Source: Eledone cirrhosa (Eukaryota). Taken from it: 64,000 nt of DNA. Location: assembly GCA_964016885.1 (NCBI GenBank), contig OZ024762.1, positions 16,926,001 to 16,990,000 of the forward strand, read 5' to 3'. Both the position numbers and the translations under genes were made by a program. Of the stretch, positions 12,020-24,575 are shown piece after piece. Numbering within the stretch: the first letter of the stretch is position 1; each line of letters opens with the position of its first letter. Under the pieces are notes generated by a model, which had not been told where the DNA came from, ran no database searches, and saw only the letters and a list, made by a program, of their open reading frames with translations.

Positions 12020-12113
<94 letters not shown>

Positions 12114-12116
<3 letters not shown>

Positions 12117-12431
12117 GACATAGAATATTCGAAAATATTCTGTATGTTTATAATAAACATTTTGAAGACCTAATCGCTATAGAATAGAATACGTCACGTA
12201 TTACAATTAGATTCTCGATAAAAGCAAGGGAAGTAACCTACGCGTTTCATTCTTATTAGAAATCTTCAGGATTACATATCCAGTGCTTTTATCGAGAATG
12301 ACACAGCTAGAGACTTATAGAATACTTAGCTGTGTACAGGAACTGGTTTGACGTATTCTATTCTATAGCGATTAGGTCTTCAAAATGTTTATTATAAACA
12401 TACAGAATATTTTCGAATATTCTATGTCTAT
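12114..12431. mobile_element. Foldback element with perfect 83-bp inverted arms, nested 16-bp stem and internal hammerhead
   Basis: 12114-12196 is the exact reverse complement of 12349-12431; inner IR 12211-12226/12284-12299; hairpin 12301-12335. Confidence 0.8.
12233..12275 (-). ncRNA. Minimal type-I hammerhead ribozyme (PLE/retrozyme type)
   Basis: Minus strand reads GTAATC-CTGAAGA-T.TTCT.AATA.AGAA.T-GAAA-CGCG-TA-GGTTAC; 6-bp stem I, 4-bp stem II, palindromic ACGCGT stem III, GUA cleavage triplet. Confidence 0.75.
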
Positions 12432-12463
12432 CTTCACATATATATCGCTATTTCAGAGCATTT

Positions 12464-12527
<64 letters not shown>

Positions 12528-12528
<1 letters not shown>

Positions 12529-12815
12529 CATCATCATCATCATCATCATTTTTACGTCCGCTTTTCCCTGCTTGCAAGGGTGGGACGGGAACTGATTCTG
12601 GCTTGATTTCTACAGCTGGATGCCCTTCCTAACACCAACCTCATTTACAGTGAGTGCTGGGTGCTTTTTTGCCGTGGCACCTCCACGACCACTTTGCAGT
12701 GGAATGATAGGGACCCCAGTCCCTATCATCTCATTTCTACAGCTGAGTAAACTGGAGCAATGTGAAATAAAGTGTCTTGCTCAAGGAAACAACACATCAC
12801 CTGGTCTGAGAATTG
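12528..12815 (-). mobile_element. SINE family A, 5' truncated
   Basis: Same sequence as 10195-10520. Confidence 0.85.
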
Positions 12816-12827
12816 GGTGATATATTA

Positions 12828-12886
<59 letters not shown>

Positions 12887-12997
12887 TATATATATATATA
12901 TTATATATATTATATATATATGTATTATATATATATATATTATATATATATTATATTATATATTATATATTATATAATATATATATATATATATATA

Positions 12998-13310
12998 GGC
13001 ACACGGCTTAGTGGTTAGAGCACTGGGCTTGCAATCGAAAGGTTGTGAGTTCAATACTCAGGCCAGGTGATGTATTTATTTCACATTGCTCCATTTTACT
13101 CAGCTGTAGAAATGAGATGATAGGGACTGGTGTCCCTATCATTCCACTGCAAAGTGGTCGTGGAGGTGCCACAGCTAAAAAGCACCCAGCACTCACTGTA
13201 AATGAGGTTGGTGTTAGGAAGGGCATCCAGCTGTAGCAATCAAGCCAGAATCAGTTCCCGTCCCACCCTTGCAAGCAGGCAAAAGTGGACGTAAAATGAT
13301 GATGATGAAT
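12998..13310 (+). mobile_element. SINE family A, head-to-head with the previous copy
   Basis: GGCACACGGCTTAGTGGTTAGAGC head; GGACGTAAAATGATGATG tail. Confidence 0.85.
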
Positions 13311-13312
13311 GA

Positions 13313-13349
<37 letters not shown>

Positions 13350-13513
13350 CATGGGGTTATATATATATATATACATATATATAGTAATAACAATAAAATT
13401 GAAGACTAAAATCCAAAGAGGGCTCGATAAGGGTGAAAACAGCGATTCTTTGCTTAAACTTTAATCTGTTATTTTAATAAATATATATATATATATATAT
13501 ACAGACATGGGGT

Positions 13514-13549
<36 letters not shown>

Positions 13550-13574
13550 CATGGGGTTATATATATATATATAC

Positions 13575-13702
13575 AGACCTCAGATCGCTGAAGCTCACGG
13601 TGGAGATGATGAAGGACTGTGACAAGTGGAGAGATGCTGAATAAGATCCGTCCCACCCTTGCAAGCAGGGAAGAGCGGACATAAAATGATGATGATGATG
13701 AT
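13575..13702 (+). mobile_element. RTE 3' end fragment
   Basis: TDLRSLKLTVEM..D.DKWRDA followed by the RTE tail. Confidence 0.75.
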
Positions 13703-13719
13703 ATATAGTGCCAAGAGTT

Positions 13720-13752
<33 letters not shown>

Positions 13753-13789
13753 CACACACACCTCAGTAAAATGTATTATGCTGAGTCAT

Positions 13790-14160
13790 ATATATACCCA
13801 CACCTCAGTAAAAGGTGTGGGTATATATATATATATATATATATACCCACACCTCAGTAAAAGGTGTGGGTATATATATATATTTATATACCCACACCTC
13901 AGTAAAGGTGTGGGTATATATATATATATATATACCCACACCTCAGTAAAGGTGTGGGTATATATACATATATACCCACACCTCAGTAAAAGGTGTGGGT
14001 ATATATATATATATTTATATACCCACACCTCAGTAAAGGTGTGGGTATATATACATATATATATACCCACACCTCAGTAAAGGTGTGGGTATATATATAC
14101 CCACACCTCAGTAAAAGGTGTGGGTATATATTTACCCACACCTCAGTAAAAGGTGCGGGG
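13790..14160. repeat. Array of 9 palindromic hairpin units separated by (TA)n
   Basis: Unit TATACCCACACCT-CAGTAA(A)-AGGTGTGGGTATA. Confidence 0.9.
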
Positions 14161-14289
14161 TGTGCTGTATTAGGCTGAGTCATAGCACCAGGTCTGTCTT
14201 TGTCTTGGTTCAATGTAAAATTTTCCGACCAACTCAGCAACAACTGCAGAAACCAGCAATCTGTCGTTGAATTCCATCTACATCACGTG

Positions 14290-14976
14290 TGGCTTGGTGG
14301 GTGTTGGTGGGAGGGGGGTTGGTGGGTGTTGGTGGGAGGAGGGTTGGTGGGAGGAGGGCTGGTGGGAGGAGGGTTGGTGGGTGTTGGTGGGAGGAGGGTT
14401 GGTGGGAGGAGGGCTGGTGGGAGGAGGGTTGGTGGGTGTTGGTGGGAGGAGGGTTGGTGGGTATGTGTGTGTGTGTGTTGGTGGGTGTTGCTGGGTATGT
14501 GTGTGTGTTGGTGGGTATGTGTGTGTGTTGGTGGGTATGTGTGTGTGTTGGTGGGTATGTGGGTATGTGTGTGTGTTGGTGGGTATGTGTGTGTGTGTGT
14601 GTGTGTGTTGGTGTGTGTTGGTGAATGTGTGTGTGTGTGTGTTGGTGGGTATGTGTGTGTGTTGGTGTGTGTTGGTGGGTATGTGTGTGTGTGTGTTGGT
14701 GAGAGGAGGGTTGGTGTGGTTGTGTGTGTTGGTGGGTATGTGTGTGTTGGTGGGTATGGGTGTGTGTGTGTGTGTTGGTGTGGTTGTGTGTGTTGGTGGG
14801 TATGTGTGTGTGTGTTGGTGGGTATGTGTGTGTGTGTGTGTGTGTGTTGGTGTGTGTTGGTGAATGTGTGTGTGTGTGTGTTGGTGTGTGTTGGTGGGTA
14901 TGTGTGTGTGTGTGTTGGTGAGAGGAGGGTTGGTGTGGTTGTGTGTGTTGGTGGGTATGTGTGTGTGTGTTGGTGG

Positions 14977-15008
<32 letters not shown>

Positions 15009-15093
15009 TGGTGGGTATGTGTGTGTGTGTGTTGGTGAGAGGAGGGTTGGTGTGGTTGTGTGTGTTGGTGGGTATGTGTGTGTGTGTTGGTGG

Positions 15094-15144
<51 letters not shown>

Positions 15145-15590
15145 GGTGGGTATGTGTGTGTGTGTGTTGGTGAGAGGAGGGTTGGTGTGGTTGTGTGTGT
15201 TGGTCGGTATGTGTGTGTGTGTTGGTGGGTATGGGTGTGTGTGTGTGTGTTGGTGTGGTTGTGGGTGTTGGTGGGTATGTGTGTGTTGGTGATGGGTATG
15301 TGTGTGTGTGTGTGTTGGTGGGTATGTGTGTGTGTTTGTGTGTGTGTTGTGGGTATGTGCGTATGTTTGTGTGTGTGTTGTGGGCATGTGTGTGTTGGTG
15401 GGTATGTGCGTATGTTTGTGTTGGTGGGTATGTGTTGGTGTGGCTGTGTGTGTTGGTGTGCATTGGTGGGTATGTGTGTGTGTGTTTGTGGGTATGTGTG
15501 TTGGTGTGTGTATGTGTGTTGGTGTGTGTATATGTGTTGGTGTGTGTGTATGTGTGTGTTGGTGTGTGTTTGTGTTGGTGTGTGTATGGA
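14290..15590. repeat. Compound GT-rich micro/minisatellite
   Basis: (GT)n punctuated by TGGTGGGTAT and GAGAGGAGGGTT. Confidence 0.9.
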
Positions 15591-15604
15591 CTGTCACAGT
15601 GATG

Positions 15605-16030
15605 TATAGGTCAAGCCATGTCACACTGAATCTCCCTGAGAATTACATTAAGGATATACGTGTCTGTGTGGAATGCTCAGCCACTTGCACAACTATACAA
15701 GATGATCCGTATCTGTAATTCAAAGGGCCCACATTGCCACACAGCTGAATCTCCCTGAGAATTATAGTAAGAGTACCACTGTGAATGTAAGTCAAAGGTG
15801 TAGCCATGTCACAGTGTGTCACACTGCTGAATCTCCCTGAGAATTATGTTAAGAGTACCACGTGCTGAACAATGTTTTAAGAATGAAAGCAAGTATCATA
15901 AAAACCAAACCTCTGTACTCGCGAACTGACAAGGAGCCTTCCATGGGATTTTTCCACATGCTAGAAATAGCAGTGAAAATACCCCTCAAAATTACACCAT
16001 ACAGTCCTTAGAAAAGGGCATATTGGAGTA
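15605..16030. mobile_element. Degenerate SINE remnants (CTGAATCTCCCTGAGAA family, also at ~850 and ~7870)
   Basis: Motif present three times here and dispersed elsewhere in the window. Confidence 0.5.
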
Positions 16031-16044
16031 ATGTGTGTGAATTG

Positions 16045-16925
16045 GCTCAGCAGAAATGACAGAGCTATGAACCTCTAGATGTGCGGTGTGACCACTGAGG
16101 TTGATGTCAGCTCAACTGAGCTCCTGAAAAGACTCCTGATCGATGACCTTGATGATGTGTTTCACATGAGTCACATGTGCTGGTATGGTCATGTTGAGTG
16201 TAGCGAGGGCTGGAAGATGCTGGTATGGTCATGTTCAGTGTAGAGAGGGCTGGAAGATGCTGGTATGGCCATGTTGAGTATAGCGAGGGCTGGAAGATGC
16301 TGGTATGGTCATGTTGAGTGTAGCGAGGGCTGGAAGATGCTGGTATGGTCATGTTGAGTATAGCGAGGGCTGGAAGATGCTGGTATGGCCATGTTGAGTA
16401 TAGCGAGGGCTGGAAGATGCTGGTATGGTCATGTTGAGTGTAACGAGGGCTGGAAGATGCTGGTATGGTCATGTTGAGTATAGCGAGGGCTGGAAGATGC
16501 TGGTATGGCCATGTTGAGTATAGCGAGGGCTGGAAGATGCTGGTATGGCCATGTTGAGTGTAGTGAGGGGTGGAAGATGCTGGTACGGCCATGTTGAGTG
16601 AGTGTAGTGAGGACTGGAAGATGCTGGTATGGTCATGTTGAGTGAGTGTAGTGAGGACTGGAAGATGCTGGTACAGCCATGTTGAGTGTAGCGAGGGCTG
16701 GATCAACACAGCGATGAATGTCAACCCACGAGACAGGAGAGACCCAGGAAGACCAGAAAGGACTTGGATGGAGGATGTCCGTCGGGATAAAGTTAGGCTT
16801 GGCCTGGCCCAAGTGAGACCGGTGGACAGAAACACATGGAGTGGGACACTAAGGAGCGCTGTCAGGCAGGGCCCACCCCTACTTAGGGATTAATAGTGTC
16901 CTGTATAATAAAAAAACTGGATGAT
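16045..16925 (+). mobile_element. Second RTE 3' remnant with the same 40-bp array (~13 copies)
   Basis: Flanks homologous to 6412-7680; CWYSHVECSEGWINT...GRPERTWMEDVRRD. Confidence 0.8.
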
Positions 16926-16947
16926 AAGCTGTGTAACCAGGGAATAG

Positions 16948-17786
16948 CAGGGCTGACCTGGGGTTAAACAGTAACAGTACTAGCAAGGTGGTCACAGCTG
17001 GATTGGCCTTGATCATAGAGGCATACTTGACCAGGGCTGACCTAGGGTTAAACAACAACACTAGCAAGGAGGTCACAGTTGGATCAACCTTGACCATAGA
17101 GGCATACTTGACCAGGGCTGACCTAGGGTTAAACAACAACACTAGCAAGGAGGTCACAGTTGGATCAACCTTGATCATAGAGGCATACTTGACCAGGGCT
17201 GACCTAGGGTTAAACAACAACACTAGCAAGGTCACAGTTGGATCAACCTTGATCATAGAGGGATACTTGACCAGGGCTGACCTAGGGTTAAACAACAACA
17301 CTAGCAAGGTCACAGTTGGATCAACCTTGATCATAGAGGCATACTTGACCAGGGCTGACCTAGGGTTAAACAACAACACTAGCAAGGAGGTCACAGTTGG
17401 ATCAACCTTGATCATAGAGGCATACTTGACCAGGGCTGACCTAGGGTTAAACAACAACACTAGCAAGGAGGTCACAGTTGGATCAACCTTGATCATAGAG
17501 GCATACTTGACCAGGGCTGACCTAGGGTTAAACAACAACACTAGCAAGGAGGTCACAGTTGGATCAACCTTGATCATAGAGGCATACTTGACCAGGGCTG
17601 ACCTAGGGTTAAACAACAACACTAGCAAGGAGGTCACAGTTGGATCAACCTTGATCATAGAGGCATACTTGACCAGGGCTGACCTAGGGTTAAACAACAA
17701 TAACAACACTAGCAAGGAGGTCACAGTTGGATCAACCTTGACCAGGGCTGACCTGGGGTTAAACAACAATAACAACAATATTAGCA
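16948..17786. repeat. 81-bp (78-bp variants) tandem repeat, ~10 copies, probably derived from a SINE tail
   Basis: Unit GACCAGGGCTGACCTAGGGTTAAACAACAACACTAGCAAGGAGGTCACAGTTGGATCAACCTTGATCATAGAGGCATACTT. Confidence 0.88.
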
Positions 17787-18077
17787 AGACAAGGAAGAAG
17801 CTTCTATTTAGTTGTTTGACCTGCTAAAAATAGCAGTCAAAAATGCCTCAAATCACACCTAAATACCTTGATATAATGTTTCAACTTACAACAAATGGTC
17901 CCTTTCTTCATAAATAACAATAATAATTATTATGTACAGTGCTCAGGTGCACTACAACTCATCAAAAGTGCATGTATAGTACATAAAATAATAATTCTAC
18001 TTACAACTAACGGCCCTTTCTTCAGATAATTACAATTTGTTAATGAAATTCATGCCACTGTTGGCATGGAAACTAGT

Positions 18078-18435
18078 TTGACCCTTTAGTATTTACATTA
18101 CTCTGTATATATATTATTGTATTTTCAGGTTAAAGGCTTTATCTCACATAATATCGAATCTATGAGATGTTGATTTTATTTATTTTGGGAACAATACCTT
18201 AACATCAGTATGAGTGGCTGGTTACAGCTGGTTTGAACAGAAAGAGGTGAGAGAATTCTGGCCGGATATGGCCGGTTTAAATCTCACATAACATTGAATC
18301 TATGAGATGTTGATATTATTTATTTTGACAACAATACCTTAACATCAGTATGAGTGGCTGGTTACAGCCGGTTTGAACAGAAAGAGGTGAGAGAATTCTG
18401 GCTGGATATGGCCGGTTTAAATGCTAAAGGGTTAG
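18078..18435 (+). mobile_element. piggyBac-like MITE copy with an internal duplication
   Basis: ACCCTTTAG ... CTAAAGGGTT termini; homologous to 56359-56575. Confidence 0.75.
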
Positions 18436-18589
18436 AGGAAATAGACAGTAATGGTGAAGTCCGCAGAATCATTGGAGTGTCAATCAAAATGACTTTACGT
18501 TCTGAGTTCAAATCCCACTGAGGTCAACTTTGCCTTTCATCCTTCCATGTTGCAGTTTTAAAAGGTTTTTTCAAGGTATGCTGTGTGTA

Positions 18590-20135
18590 TACAGTTTACA
18601 ATAGATACACTATCCCTGTGTGGACCTGGTTTACAACAGGTACACTGTATCCCTGTGTGGACCTGGTTTACAATAGGTACACTGTATCCCTCTGTGTACC
18701 TGGTTTACAATAGGTACACTGTATCCCTGTGTATCTGGTTTACAATAGGTACACTGTATCCCTGTGTGGACCTGGTTTACAATAGATTCACTGTATCCCT
18801 GTGTGTACCTGGTTTACAATAGGTACACTGTATCCCTGTGTGTATCTGGTTTACAATAGGTACACTGTATCCCTGTATACCTGGTTTACAATAGGTACAC
18901 TGTATCCCAGTGTATACCTGGTTTACAACCGGTACACTGTATCCCTGTATACCTGGTTTACAACCGGTACACTGTATCCCTGTATACCTGGTTTACAACA
19001 GGTACACTGTATCTCTGTGTACCTCGTTTACAATAGGTACACTGTATCCCTGTGTGTACCTGGTTTACAATAGGTACACTGCATCCCTGTGTATATCTGG
19101 TTTACAATAGGTACACTGTATCCCTGTGTATATCTGGTTTACAATAGGTACACTGTATCCCTGTATATCTGGTTTACAATAGGTACACTGTATCCCTGTG
19201 GACCTGGTTTACAATAGGTACACTGTATCCCTATGTATATCTGGTTTACAATAGGTACACTATATCCCTGTGTATATCTGGTGTACAATAGGTACACTGT
19301 ATCCCTGTGGACCTGGTTTACAATAGGTACACTGTATCCCTGTGTATACCTGGTTTACAACAGGTACACTGTATCCCTGTGTGTACCTGGTTTACAATAG
19401 GTACACTGTATCCCTGTGGACCTGGTTTACAACAGGTACACTGTATCCCTGTGGACCTCGTTTACAACAGGTACACTGTATCCCTGTGGACCTCGTTTAC
19501 AACAGGTACACTGTATCCCTGTGGACCTCGTTTACAACAGGTACACTGTATCCCTGTGGACCTCGTTTACAACAGGTACACTGTATCCCTGTGGACCTCG
19601 TTTACAACAGGTACACTGTATCCCTGTGGACCTCGTTTACAACAGGTACACTGTATCCCTGTGGACCTCGTTTACAACAGGTACACTGTAACCCTGTGTA
19701 TACCTGGTTTACAATAGGTACACTGTATCCCTGTGTGTACCTGGTTTACAATAGGTACACTGTATCCCTGTGGACCTGGTTTACAACAGGTACACTGTAA
19801 CCCTGTGTATACCTGGTTTACAATAGGTACACTGTATCCCTGTGTGTACCTGGTTTACAATAGGTACACTGTATCCCTGTGGACCTGGTTTACAACAGGT
19901 ACACTGTAACCCTGGGTATACCTGGTTTACAATAGGTACACTGTATCCGTGTACATGGTTTACAATAGGTAGACTGTATCCCTGTGTATATCTGGTTTAC
20001 AACAGGTACACTGTATCCCTGTGTATATCAGGTTTACAACAGGTACACTGTATCCCTGTGTATATCAGGTTTACAACAGGTACACTGTATCCCTGTGTAT
20101 ATCAGGTTTACAACAGGTACACTGTATCCCTGTGT
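18590..20135. repeat. 35-37-bp tandem repeat, ~42 copies
   Basis: Unit CTGGTTTACAATAGGTACACTGTATCCCTGTG(TGT/G)AC. Confidence 0.93.
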
Positions 20136-20174
20136 GTGGTCATGAAAGAGCTAACATCTAGTGAGATATTGAGT

Positions 20175-20712
20175 TGCGTAACATCTGATGTGACAGATGA
20201 CATCTGTTGTGTCATCTATGTGTAACATCTCTTGTCAGCTGTGTGTGACATCAGTTGTGACAGCTGTGTGTCACATCAGTTGTGACAGCTGTAACATCTG
20301 TTGTGACAGCTATGTGTAACATCAGTTGTGACAGCTGTGTGTAATATCTGTTGTGACAGCTGTGTGTGACATCTGTTGTGACAGCTGTGTAACATCAGTT
20401 GTGACATATATGTGTAACATTTGTTGACAGCTGTGTGTGTAACATCAGTTGTGACAGCTGTGTGTAACATCAGTTGTGACAGCTGTGTAGAATCAGTTGT
20501 GACAGCTATGTGTAACATCAGTTGTGACAGCTATGTGTGACATCTGTGTGTAACATCAGTTGTGACAGCTATGCGTAACATCAGTTGTGTGTAACATCAG
20601 TTGTGACAGCTGTGTGTGACATCAGTTGTGACAGATGTGTGTGTAACATCTGTTGTGACAGATGTTTGTGTGACATCTGTTTTGACAGATGTGTGTGTGT
20701 GACATCTGTGTA
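20175..20712. repeat. ~25-bp tandem repeat
   Basis: Unit TGTGTAACATCAGTTGTGACAGCTG. Confidence 0.85.
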
Positions 20713-20737
20713 GACTTGAAGGGGTACATGTTTACAG

Positions 20738-22700
20738 TGGTGTAATGTAGTGTGGTGTGTAGTGTAGTGTAGTGTAGTGTAGTGTAGTGTAGTGTAGTGT
20801 GGTGCAGTGTAATGTATTGTGGTGTGGTGTGATGTGGTGTGGTGTGGTGGTGTGGTGTGGTAGTGTGGTGTGGTGTGGTGTGGTGTGGTGTGGTGTGGTG
20901 TGGTGTAGTGTGGTGCAGTGTAGTGTGGTGTAGTGTAATGTATTGTGGTGTAGTGTGGTGTAGTGTAATGTATTGAGGTGTAGTGTGGTGTGGTGTGCTG
21001 TAGTGTAGTGTGGTGTGGTGCAGTGTAATGTATTGTGGTGTAGTGTAGTGTAGTGTAGTGTGGTGTGGTGTGGTTTAGTGTAATGTATTGTGGTGTAGTG
21101 TGGTGTGGTGTGATGTGGGGTGGTGTAGTGTAGTGGGTGCAGTGTGGTGTGGTGTAGTGTAGTGTGGTGTGTGGTGTGGTTTAGTGTAATGTATTGTGCT
21201 GTAGTGTAGTGTGGTGTGGTTTAGTGTAATGTATTGTGGTGTAGTGTAGTGTGGTGTAGTGTAGTGTGGTGTGGTTTAGTGTAATGTATTGTGGTGTAGT
21301 GTGGTGTGGTGTGATATGGGGTGGTGTAGTGTAGTGGGTGCAGTGTGTTGTGGTGTAGTGTAGTGTAGTGTGGTGTGGTTTAGTGTAATGTATTGTGCTG
21401 TAGTGTAGTGTGGTGTGGTTTAGTGTGGTGTAGTGTAGTGTGGTGTGGTTTAGTGTAATGTATTGTGGTGTGATGTAGTGTGGTGTGGTGTGTTTTGTAG
21501 TGTATTGTGTAGTGTGGTGTGGTGTAGTGTGATGTGGTGTAGTGTAGCGTGGTGTAGTGTGGTGTAGTGTAGTGTGGTGCAGTGTAATGTAGTGTGGAGT
21601 AGTATAGTGTAATGTAGTGTGGAGTAGTATGATGTAAGGTAGTGTAGTGTGGTGTCGTGTAGTGTGGAGTAGTGTGATGTAGTGTGGTGTAGTGGAGTGT
21701 AGTTTGATATAGTGTAGTGTGGTGTGGTGTGGTGTGGCGCGGCGCAGTGCAGCGCGGCGTGGCGCAGTGTGGTGTAGTATAATATAGTGTGGTGTAGTGT
21801 GGTGTTGTGTAGTGTAGTGTTGTGTGGTGTAGTGTGGTGTAGTGTGGTGTGGTGCAGTGGAGTGTAGTGTGGTGTGGTGTGGTGTAGTATAATATAGTGT
21901 AGTGTAGTGTAGTGTAGTGTAGTGTAGTGTAGTGTGGTGTAGTGTGGTGTGGTGTAGTGTAGTGTAGTATAGTGTGGTGTTGTGTAGTGTGGTGTGGTAT
22001 AGTGTGGTTTAGTGTGGTGTAGTGTTGTGTAGTGTTGTGTGGTGTAGTGTTGTGTGGTGTAGTGTGGTGTAGTGTAGTGTAGTGTGGTGTAGCATGGTGT
22101 AACATGGTGTAGCGTGGTGTAGTGTAGCATGGTGTAGCGTGGTGTAGTGTAGTGTTGTGTGGTGTAGTGTTGTGTGGTGTAGTGTTGTGTTGTGTGGTGT
22201 AGTGTGGTGTTGTGTGGTGTAGTGTTGTGTTGTGTGGTGTAGTGTGGTGTAGTGTTGTGTTGTGTGGTGTAGTGTGGTGTAGTGTTGTGTTGTGTGGTGT
22301 TGTGTGGTGTGGTGTAGTGTGGTGTTGTGTGGTGTAGTGTGTTGTAATGTGGTGTAGTGTGTTGTAATGTGGTGTGGTTTTGTGTAGCATTGTGTGGTGT
22401 TGTGTAGCATTGTGTGGTGTTGTGTGGTGTAGTGTGTTGTAATGTGGTGTGGTGTTGTGTAGTGTGGAGTGGTGTTGTGTAGCGTGGTGTGGTGTGGTGT
22501 AGTGTGGTGTGGTGTAGTGTGGTGTGGTGTAGTGTGGTGTGGTGTAGTGTGGTGTGGTGTAGTGTGGTGTGGTGTAGTGTGGTGTGGTGTAGTGTGGTGT
22601 GGTGTAGTGTTGTGTAGTGTTGTGTGGTGTGGTGTTGTGTGGTGTAGTGTGTTGTAATGTGGTGTGGTGTAGTGTAGCATAGTGTGGTGTGGTGTCGTGT
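20738..22700. repeat. (GTGTA/GTGTG)n pentanucleotide array
   Basis: Direct inspection. Confidence 0.93.
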
Positions 22701-22845
22701 GATATGATGTAATGTTGTAGAGCTACATGTTGTGGTGGGGACCTACATGTGTTGTGTGTTGGAGTGCTACATGTTAAAGACTAGAACTAATCAGAATAGT
22801 AAAGTTAAACTTTAATAACCAACAATACATGGGACTACGTCATTC

Positions 22846-23463
22846 TAGTAGTAGTAGTAGTAGTGGTGGTGGTGGTGGTAGTGGTGGTGGTAGTAGTAGT
22901 GGTGGTGGTGGTAGCAGTAGTAATAATAATTGTAGTAGTGGTGGTAGTGGTAGTGGTACGGATGTATTAGTAGTAATAGTTGTAGAAATAGTGCAGGTGA
23001 TAGTAGAAGTGGTGGTGGAGGTAGTAGTAGTGGTGGTGGTAGTAGTGGAGGTAGTAGTAGTGGTGGTGGTGGAGGTGGTAGTAGTAGAGGTAGTAGTAAT
23101 GGTGGTAGTGGTAGTAGAGGTTGCAGTAGTGTTGGAGGTAGTAGTAGTTATAGTAGTAGTGGTGGTAGTAGTAGAGGTAGTGGTAATGGTGGTAGTAGTA
23201 GTAGAGGTTGCAGTAGTGTTGGAGGTAGTAGTAGTTATAGTAGTAGTGGTGGTAGTAGTAGAGGTAGTGGTAATGGTGGTAGTGGTAGTTGTAGTAGAGG
23301 TTGCAGTAGTGTTGGTGGTGTTGAAAGTAGTAGTAGTTATAGTAGTTGGGGTAGTAGTAATAGTAGTAGTGGTAGTTATAGTAGTAGTGGTGGTGGTGGT
23401 AGAGGTAGTAGTAATGGTAGTTGTTGTAGTAGTAGTGGTAGTAGTAGTAGTAGTAGTAGTAGT
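22846..23463. repeat. (GTA/GTG)n trinucleotide array
   Basis: Direct inspection. Confidence 0.9.
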
Positions 23464-23578
23464 ACAGACCACATGTCTAAGCTACAACAGAGGTTTATAG
23501 ATGTCGGCTTTTGTACGATTGTATATATATATATATATATATATACATACATATATATATATATATGGTATGTATATA

Positions 23579-23613
<35 letters not shown>

Positions 23614-23967
23614 GGGGGGAGAGAGGGGGGAGAGACCTTCTTTTCAAACCTCCTAATTTTAATAAATAAACACACCATATACACACATACATCCAGACAT
23701 ACAGACATACACACACACAGACACACATACATACAGACATACACACACACACAGACACACACACACACAGAAAGGTGTATTCTAGTCCATATACAAGGTA
23801 TGCACACATGTACTGCACATATATTGCACATGATTAATCCTCAACGCCACATGCATGCATAATTTTGTGCAGCAAACTTTGTAGAAATTGCACACATGGA
23901 AGAAGATTACATGAGAACAAAAAAAAATATGAAGAGACGCAAAGAGGAACCGAGCTATCATATATTA

Positions 23968-24575
23968 TATGGATTGGCAGAATCGGTAGAGCGTCGGACG
24001 CCATGCTTTGAGGCATAGAGTTACGGCCCTTGCCATTCTGAGTTCAAATCCCGCCGAGGTTAACTTTGCCTTTCATCCTTACGGGGGTCGATAAAATAAA
24101 GTACCAGTAATGTATTGGTATAATTGCTGGCCTTGTGCCAAAAGTAGAAAATTATATGGATTGGCAGAATCGGTAGAGCGTCGGACGCCATGCTTTTCAG
24201 CATAGAGTTACGGCCATTTACATTCTGAGTTCAAATCCCGCCGAGAGTTAACTTTGCTTTTTATCCTTACGGGGGTCGATAAAATAAAGTACCAGTAATA
24301 CGCTGAGGTATTTTGCTGGCCTTGTGCCAAAATAAAGTACCAGTAATACACTGAGGTAATTGCTGGCCTTGTGCCAAAATAAAGTACCAGTAATACACTG
24401 AGGTAATTGCTGGCCTTGTGTCAAAATAAAGTACCAGTAATACACTGGGGTAATTGCTGGCCTTGTGCCATAAGTAGTAATAATTATTAGCTATGTTCCA
24501 ATCCCGACGAGGTTAACTTTGCTTTTTATCCTTACAGGGTCGATAAAATAAAGTACCAGTAATACACTAGGGCCA
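23968..24575 (+). mobile_element. Tandem copies of tRNA-derived SINE family B with amplified ~49-bp tail
   Basis: Heads GGATTGGCAGAATCGGTAGAGCG...GAGTTCAAATCCC at ~23970 and ~24158; AAATAAAGTACCAGTAATACACTG...GGCCTTGTGCC repeated 4 times. Confidence 0.85.

Noticed and set aside
12160-12197. Possible second hammerhead in the foldback arms (TTGAAGA...GAATACGTC)
   Set aside because: Core deviates at both conserved boxes and stem II is unconvincing
12998-13070. tRNA-like sequences (also ~10450-10520, 23970, 43495, 47340-47400)
   Set aside because: A and B boxes are present but continue into SINE bodies; no convincing full cloverleaf
13790-14160. CRISPR-like palindromic repeat array
   Set aside because: Spacers are TA runs rather than unique sequence, there are no cas genes, and the context is eukaryotic
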